DNA of 29,353 nt, taken from the NCBI GenBank assembly GCA_964439655.1, contig CAYTOW010000001.1:1-29353 (forward strand), in the 5' to 3' direction. The notes below the pieces were generated by a model, which was given only the letters and a program-made list of their open reading frames with translations, ran no database searches and was not told where the DNA came from. Each line of letters opens with the position of its first letter. The first letter of the stretch is position 1. This document shows positions 21,473 to 29,353 of this stretch, piece after piece. A program made the translations under genes and the position numbers. Source of the stretch: an uncultured Mycoplasmataceae bacterium. GTDB taxonomy: Bacteria > Bacillota_I > Bacilli_A > Mycoplasmatales > Metamycoplasmataceae.

Positions 21473-22516
21473 ATGGCTAGTAAATTAGAAGATAGAAAAA
21501 AAATAATGAATGATTTACACAAGGTTGTTAATTTAAAGATTTTTAAATCAATCCAAAAAATTAATCAATATGAAAGTGATGTAAAAACAATTATTCAAAA
21601 TATCGAAAATATTAAAAGCATTAAAAACTTTTTAGCGAAAAAATCTTCTTTTTTCGATGTTTATTATAAGCAAGTTAAGAATCCTAAAAAATTAATGATT
21701 TTTATGCAATCAGTTGATGATTCTAATATCGATGTATATTCCGATAAAAAAGTTGAAGAGTATATTGCTAAAAATACAGATGAGAATGTTAAATCTTGAA
21801 TAATAGGTCCAAGACTATTTGATCATCTACTTAATTCTAAGATTATTACTGATGAACAAAAAGCGACTATTTCCTTCTTTGGAGACTACAATATCGATGA
21901 AAAAACTAAAGTAATTAATTTTTCAAAAATATTAAATGAGGTTGCAGATTACTCATTACTTGCTTTTGATAATAAAGATTTTACTCAAATAGATATTTAT
22001 TATAGTGATATTAAGGAATCAGGAAATATTAAAAGTACACGAGTACTTCCAATGATAGATGATTCTAAAAAGAGAAATAAAAAAGGATCAAGAATTAATC
22101 GTAAAGACAAAGAAGATTCTGATGATGATATAAAAACTAAAAAGTCTGATATCTATATTATCTATTCAGCATTATTAAAATCTATTCGAAGAAAATTCTC
22201 GAATTTAAAATTCTATTCAGAGATAGAAGAGATAAATAGTGCTATTTTAAAATTTGCAATTTCCTCTAATATAAAATATACAATTATTGGTTTTTTATTA
22301 AATGTAGAAATTAGAAAACTATTTTCATTACAAGAAGAAGTCAAAAAACTAGATGAGAACATTGAGGAAATCAATGCCCTTATAAAAGCCTTCCGTCAAG
22401 AAAAAATTACTCGTGAAATGTTGATGATTGCTGCTGCCAAATTTGCTAAAGATAAAAGAATGGAAGAATTGATCAAATTGGAGCTTGAAGCGAAAGGTGT
22501 TAATTATGCAAAATAA
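21473..22516 (+). CDS. F1-like ATPase gamma-like subunit (MSC_0622/MMOB1630-like), 347 aa
   Basis: Helical N-terminus MASKLEDRKKIMNDLHKVVNL; C-terminal RQEKITREML (22394) matches the gamma RQxxITxE motif; joined across TGA 21797-21799. Confidence 0.8.
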
Positions 22517-23108
22517 AAAAGTTATATTTAACGCAAATACTAGTTCAATAGATTCCAAAGTAGAAACTAAATTTAATATTTCAGCAATAAAGAACATAAC
22601 TATTGCTTCTTTTATTGATAAAAAAATGGTACTAAAATTTGAAAATTTTGAAAAACGGGCAAAGGCTAATAACTTTATTTTTCAAAGAGAAGCAACATGA
22701 ATAAGAATTATGTTTAAGAATAACATTTTTAGAGATTTTGTTGCAACACAAGTAATTGGAATAGGATCAAAAGAAGGTGTAGTTTTTGAAGTTGCAGGAA
22801 TATTTAAAGAGATTTCTATCAAGTTTGCAGTTAATGAAATTTTAAAGTTCGCTCTAGAAAATAACTATAAAGCTGCAACTGCAGATTTATTCTTTAAATA
22901 TCAAAGTAATATTGGAACTATAACTAAAAATGATTTTAAATTCCTAACAACAAAAAAAGTTGATCTAACTATGGATCCAATAGTTTATACCAATAAACGC
23001 CAAGAAGTTTTTCAGGAAATGCTAATGCTATCAGCTATAAAAAATGTTATAAAAACTTCTAGAAAGATGCTTTCTATAAAAATTAACGAGGAATTAAAAT
23101 ATGCATAA
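22506..23108 (+). CDS. F1-like ATPase cluster protein 4 (epsilon-like, MSC_0621/MMOB1640-like), 200 aa
   Basis: Overlaps the gamma stop and the next start; beta-rich N-half and helical C-half; assigned mainly by position. Confidence 0.55.
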
Positions 23109-26100
23109 AAATAAAAATAGATTGAAGAAAATAGTTATAGGCTCATTAGTAGGTACAACTACTGCTATTTTTGCTTCTGCAACTATTGTTCAATCTATTA
23201 ATCAACACGATAAAAATTCACTTAATTTAAATCTCACTAAGGATATAGATGAATTATTTTCTCCTGCTCCCCCAACTCCTCAGGTCTCTCTTGAGTTTCC
23301 TAAGACTATAAAATATCTATTAAAAACTTTTAGTGATGCCTTTATACCTGAAGATCCACAAACTATTACTGATCTTTCCGATCTAGCTGTATTCATGATA
23401 AAAGATCTTCATATCGATATTAGTGGAACAGATCTTAGTGAATATGGTAAAGCTATTTATGGTCTTCACGAATGATATGTTAAAGAGAACTTTGGTCTAG
23501 GTGGATCTGGTGCACCTGCTAATTTCCCGGCCGAACTAAAAACCAAACTATTAAGTGATGAATTTGTAACTTCTCAATTTAAAGAAATAAATGGAATTCC
23601 AGAAGTTGACCTTGATTCCCTTAAAAGAAGAGCATTAACTCTTACATTCCCAACTTCATTCGGTACTTTAATAAGTGAAAACTTAGCTTCTCATCCAAAT
23701 ACACCACAAATAAATCCTTCTCGCTTTGAACACAAAGTAGCTGTTGTTAATGCGCCAAATGTTCCTAGTGATAATGGTTCAGTTGAATTCACTTATCAAT
23801 TTGGTAATAATGGGGATACATATTCAATATTTCTAAATAATGAAAATGATGATCTTAAGAATAAAGATAAAAGCATAGATGATTTAATTTCTAGTGGTGC
23901 AATTATTATTAGAAATAACGATAAATTTGATCCAGATAATCCTCAAACAGTTAAGGATTTTAATGAGCATTTAACAATAACAAGAGATTTAGAAGGTAAG
24001 ATTAATTTCTATGTTGACCTACCATCAATTACTGATGTAGCAAAGTTTGGTGTTAATACATTTGCAAGTACTTGAAAAGATTCTATTACTGTTGGATTTT
24101 TAGATTCTACTATCAATCCTTCTCATATCGATGCTAATGAAAATTCAATTATTTCCTCAAATGAAGTAAAGGGAATACACTTAGTCTCTCATACAGCAAG
24201 TAGTTATTGAAAAACTGATAAGAATGGACATATAGGACAAACATTAACAACAACTCATACTTTAAAATTCTATGCAAGACCTGGAGAAAAATTTAAGTTT
24301 GAAGTATCTTATAATGGTTCAGAAAATATTTCTTCTGATGGAACAACAGATGGTTCAGGGCCGCCACCTGAAATCAATTTTAAAGTTAATGATGATGGTA
24401 CTGTAGATGTAGACAAAACATCGATAAGAATTCCATCTTCAATAATAAAACAATGAAAGGATCAAAATATTGACATTAAGGATTTTGAAATTAATACTCG
24501 TACAAAAACTGATAACAATGGAAATATATGAGCAGAAATCGTAATTGTAACTGATGACCATATCGGTATTGGTGCATTATTAAGTACAACAACACCAGGA
24601 AATATTAAGAGAGATGTTTTCAGATTAAATGATTATGGTTTAGATTCGCATCCTGTAGTATTTGAAAAACCAGTACAATTTGATGGGGATATAAATAAAC
24701 ATCCTGTTACATTTGAAAAAGTTGTTAATGCTGAAAGTGAGATTCCTAAACTTTTAGGAGATATGTATCTTGTTGCTACTGGTCATGCGCCTCAAAATCC
24801 CTTAAGCCATATGGATCAATATCAAGTAGATCCTTTTGACTCAAACCCTTATGTAGTTCCTACATTTACAAGTGGAAAATTAAATACTATATTAACTGAG
24901 ACTCTTCATCTTACAGCAGACGATAGACCAACAAATACTAAATTAATTGATACTAATTTTGGTTACTTGATAGAAAAATTAAATGAGTATGGTAATAAAT
25001 TAAACGATGTTATAAAAGAAGTTACTGGTGAGTATTTATTTAAAGAGGTGCCAAAAGATCATTTTATTACTGCTGAAGATAAAGAACCTGCAACTTTTTT
25101 AAAGAGACTATACATAGATAATAAGATAGCAAACAATAAAATTATTCATGAACTTCAAGTTGGTTTCGATGTTTATGAAAATGGGCCTGAAAATCTATCT
25201 AATAAAAATGAATCAATAGAAGGAATAGACATTATTCAAAAAGGAGATAGAGATTCCTTAGCTGAATTTGCATTTCCAAGACTAGTTGAAATAGTTAAGG
25301 CTAAACTATATGATCTAGAAAAACAATTTAATAATAAAATTTTAGATTATAAATTTACTACAATAATTTCTTCTCTATATACTTCAAATGCTAAGGTATA
25401 TAAAGCTCTAAATTCAAAAATTATTCAAACTCGTGAAATGTTAATTGGTTCAGAAAAACGTCAAATGCAAATATACATACCTAATAATGGTACTAATGGT
25501 CTTGAAGATGTTACTACTTTCAAAGAGCAAATTAAATCACTTATTATTGGTCTTAAAGGAAGCATTCATTTATCACATAGTGGATTTTCAGATTCAGAGG
25601 TTGCTGACTTTAATACGAATATAGACATAATAATAGCTAATCCTCCTGAGAGAGTTAATTATAAAGATATAGTTGTTCGTATGTATGATTTATTATTCAA
25701 ACTTATTGACACATTTTCAAGTCATGAAGAAAATGGTTTAGCTAGCATATTAAATATACAACGACATATTGATAAAGATAAAATTACTGAGTTTGTTATC
25801 AATGAAATTAACAATGGGATCTCAAAAATTAATTCTTCTAAAGAGAGAGTTATTTCTGCAGGGGGATTTGAAGTTGTAACTAACGATGGTTATATTCAAG
25901 TTGCTAATAATAATCTTCATCAAATATTTAGATCCTTTATTCTTAAAGATGGATTAACAAAAGAAGAAAAATCTAAGATACAAGAATTTATCGATAAAGA
26001 TTATGCAATCCATAGAAATGTTATTGCTGAATTATCTATTAAGAGTAGAAATTACGACATTCAAGATTTTATTCAAAGATTGACAGGAAAAGATATAATT

Positions 26101-26415
26101 GGAGTGGCAAACGAAATTCTAGAACTTGATCCATTAAATATGCTTTCTTCAGAATTGCCGGATGCATCTAAGTTTAGAGATGTTATTAAGACAATTAGTG
26201 AGAACTCAAAAGTAGTCTTTGGTGTCATTGCTGGCCTTGTTATGTTAATTGGATTATTGCTAACCCTTGCTGGATTTGCTAAGTTTAAAGGAAAAACAAG
26301 AGGAAAAGGAATTATAACTGCTGCAGGTATTTCAGTAATTGCAGTTGGGATTGCATTAGTTATAATAATAATTATATTCCCACCAACTGGAGCATTGTCA
26401 TTATTGGCATTATAA
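23101..26415 (+). CDS. F1-like ATPase cluster protein 5 (MSC_0620/MMOB1650-like) large membrane protein, 1104 aa
   Basis: Single frame-1 ORF under code 4; N-terminal basic + hydrophobic anchor (KKIVIGSLVGTTTAIFASATIV); two C-terminal TM helices separated by KFKGKTRGK; directly upstream of alpha. Confidence 0.75.
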
Positions 26416-26438
26416 TAAAAGGAGAATAAGGAGAAAAT

Positions 26439-29353
<2,915 letters not shown>

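Overview
AT-rich mollicute (Mycoplasma-type) chromosomal segment. It uses genetic code 4 (TGA=Trp): the fragmented ORFs of the supplied track join in frame across TGA codons into full-length genes, so coordinates below are re-called with code 4. Left: C-terminus of a probable paralog of the next gene, a structured ~200-nt leader, and an 895-aa membrane-anchored SGNH/GDSL hydrolase. Middle, housekeeping: udk, YmdB-family phosphoesterase, a 49-aa membrane peptide, T-box + valS, a detached secY-adk-map-infA block, convergent rpsT, a NERD protein and fmt. Right (13.2 kb to the end): eleven co-oriented genes. Four uncharacterised cytoplasmic proteins come first: a coiled-coil protein, a repeat-bearing disordered + coiled-coil protein, a J-domain protein and a 758-aa beta-rich protein. 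They are followed by a seven-gene mycoplasma F1-like ATPase cluster (12-TM protein, DUF2714-like protein with Lys/Ala-rich tails, gamma-like, epsilon-like, 1104-aa membrane protein, alpha-like, beta-like) that has no Fo a/b/c or delta genes. Subunit sizes resemble the M. mobile Type 2 gliding-motor cluster (recalled, not verified), but beta lacks the long N-terminal extension and no MIB-MIP genes lie upstream. The best candidate novel system is this variant F1-like motor plus its upstream putative cytoskeletal/assembly module. No rRNA, tRNA, CRISPR or IS element was seen. Family assignments are by motif recognition, not database searches.
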